Origin: Tubulanus polymorphus
Lineage: Eukaryota > Animalia > Nemertea
Direction: 5' to 3'
DNA length: 64,000 bases
Assembly (NCBI RefSeq): GCF_964204645.1
Contig: NC_134029.1
Span: 13,418,850-13,482,849, forward strand
Below the pieces are notes generated by a model. The model worked only from the letters and a program-made list of their open reading frames with translations, had not been told where the DNA came from and ran no database searches. Positions 62,305 through 64,000 of the stretch are shown in pieces. Numbering within the stretch: position 1 is the stretch's first letter; each line of letters opens with the position of its first letter. The position numbers and the translations under genes were made by a program.

Positions 62305-63040
62305 GCAGACAGCATTTTAAAGTATGCTGGGCTAGATGGTGTAGGCTTATTTGAATGGACAAGGATCGTGTGCCCCGGAGGAACCATTGAAACATTGATG
62401 GAAGGTAATTTCTCGGTTCAGTACTGATTTATATTGTTCATTTTCATTGGGTAACTGATTAGTTGTATATTACAGAATTGAAAAAGGTGAAGATGCTGAA
62501 TGTGGAACAACTAATCGTCCATGTTGGAACAAATAATATGACGCGTGATGTCCCGCTTGAGATTGTTCTGCGAAGACACGTTGAATTAATTCGATTGTTG
62601 CTCTATAAATGTACTGGGACCATCATTGTACCAGCTCTTTTTCCTCGATGTGATGAGTAAGTATCAAGAATAGATTTTTCTTGAAGTACTATATTTATGA
62701 TCGATGTAATGATTTTTAAATTTCTTTCTTTTTTAAAGTTTCGATGCTGACACAAAGATATTTCATTACAATGAAATGCTGCACCGCGAATGCTTTACAC
62801 TTGGTGTAAAGTTCGTTGATTTTCACTTCTCAAGAGATCTCCTTTCACCATAAGTAATCGTTTAATTTTAATAAGCCCAGTAGGTTATGTGCATTTTTTC
62901 GCGATTTAAACTAACTTGTTTTTTTCTAAATTTTGTGATCTAGGACTGACTTATTACACCCCAGCCGTAAGGGAAATCAGTTCATAAATAACAGGATAAT
63001 GGAACTACTGCTATTGAAAAATGAAGATGAAATGTACGTA
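62305..63040 (+). CDS. Probable intron-split SGNH/GDSL hydrolase domain; gene may continue to the window end
   Basis: Colinear blocks DSILKY (~62310), VCPGGTIE (~62370), LIVHVGTNNM (~62510) and DLLHPSRKGN (~62948), separated by GT..AG stretches. Exon boundaries are approximate. Confidence 0.55.
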
Positions 63041-64000
63041 GAATTGCATTATTTTATCCAATTACCAGGTATGCAAACTACATAAATTTTATGATTGTAC
63101 TGGAAATAATGAATGATTCTTAATCAGGTGCCCTCAATACTTTCCATATGAGATTGAAAAGATGCAAAGAAGTAGAGCAGTCCATCGACGAAAGGTAATC
63201 ATTTAGCATTGATACCCTAGAAAATGAATGATTTGCAATTAGTTTTTATAACTTGAATACGAAACCACTTTATTCAAAATCCTTGCATTGAATTAATGAA
63301 TCATATTGATAGCTGATAGCAAAAAACAAATTGAAGGATGATCAAGCAAGAGCATGGGATGATTCAACAATAGTGGTAAAGTTGTTTTCCTAAGTGATTT
63401 GTACGTGATTTATCTTTATAAAGTTAGATATATTTTAACAGTTTTTTGTATCCTTCAATCCAGTATAGCAGTTTTGACGTTGCGCATCATACAAGGAAAC
63501 AATTCTGTTGTGTAGATCAAAGAGCCTTTTTCACATTCGACCAGGTACATATCATCTCAAGAACTTATGATTTAATATTAGTTTGGTCACTTTTATTTCA
63601 CAATTACCTAAAGGCTGTGCATGCACAAATCTGTCTTTTTTTTCCAGTACATGACTAAAATTGATGTGGCTGGTGTTGCTATTTGTTTAAAGCCTAAATT
63701 ATTTACTCCTTTTTATCAGACTAAGAACGTGAGTAATATGTTTCTCGAAATGAAATTATAGAAATTCATTGGTATTGGTATGATTTATGCTGTAAAGCTT
63801 TGTTTTCATATTCAGGGATGCTACAATAGAAGTTGTCACAATACTAAAAGATTTAACAGAAAAAGGAAGTCAGTGGAACATGTAAGTTTGATGCCCTTTC
63901 TGCGAGACGCGGGTTCATTTTTGTTATTTTTGCTTAGATGTTGAAGCAAAAACAGATTAATGTGCTCTCCCACATTAGGTTATTCATCCACAGACGGATC

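Overview
Repeat-rich animal (probably marine invertebrate) genomic window with one clear host gene, an intronless KCTD8/12/16-type BTB gene (17521-18327, -). It is dominated by one family of very AT-rich Polinton/Maverick-like elements. (1) A full-length 18.3-kb copy at 37362-55684 has a 6-bp TSD (AGTATG) and ~600-bp TIRs, and encodes broken pPolB, broken integrase-chromodomain, packaging ATPase, putative major and minor capsid proteins, an NCLDV-type HNH-like ORF and several membrane proteins, with no recognisable protease. (2) A 6.2-kb same-family derivative at 5487-11720 (TSD GATAAT) carries, as a 1.6-kb inverted duplication, an ORF with pT181/Rep_trans-like rolling-circle initiator motifs. 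(3) A decayed fragment lies at 31703-35258. Each TIR begins with a ~400-bp self-palindrome bearing the terminal sequence at both ends, and 15 of 16 gene starts in the full element sit in TAAATG/TAAAATG, the poxvirus post-replicative initiator. The remainder consists of LINE and Harbinger fragments, two Helentron-type HINEs, a long-TIR element with a 4-bp TSD, a MULE carrying a USP Cys-box, Penelope-type hammerhead motifs, MITEs and a probable intron-split SGNH gene. All family calls come from reading motifs by eye; no searches were run.
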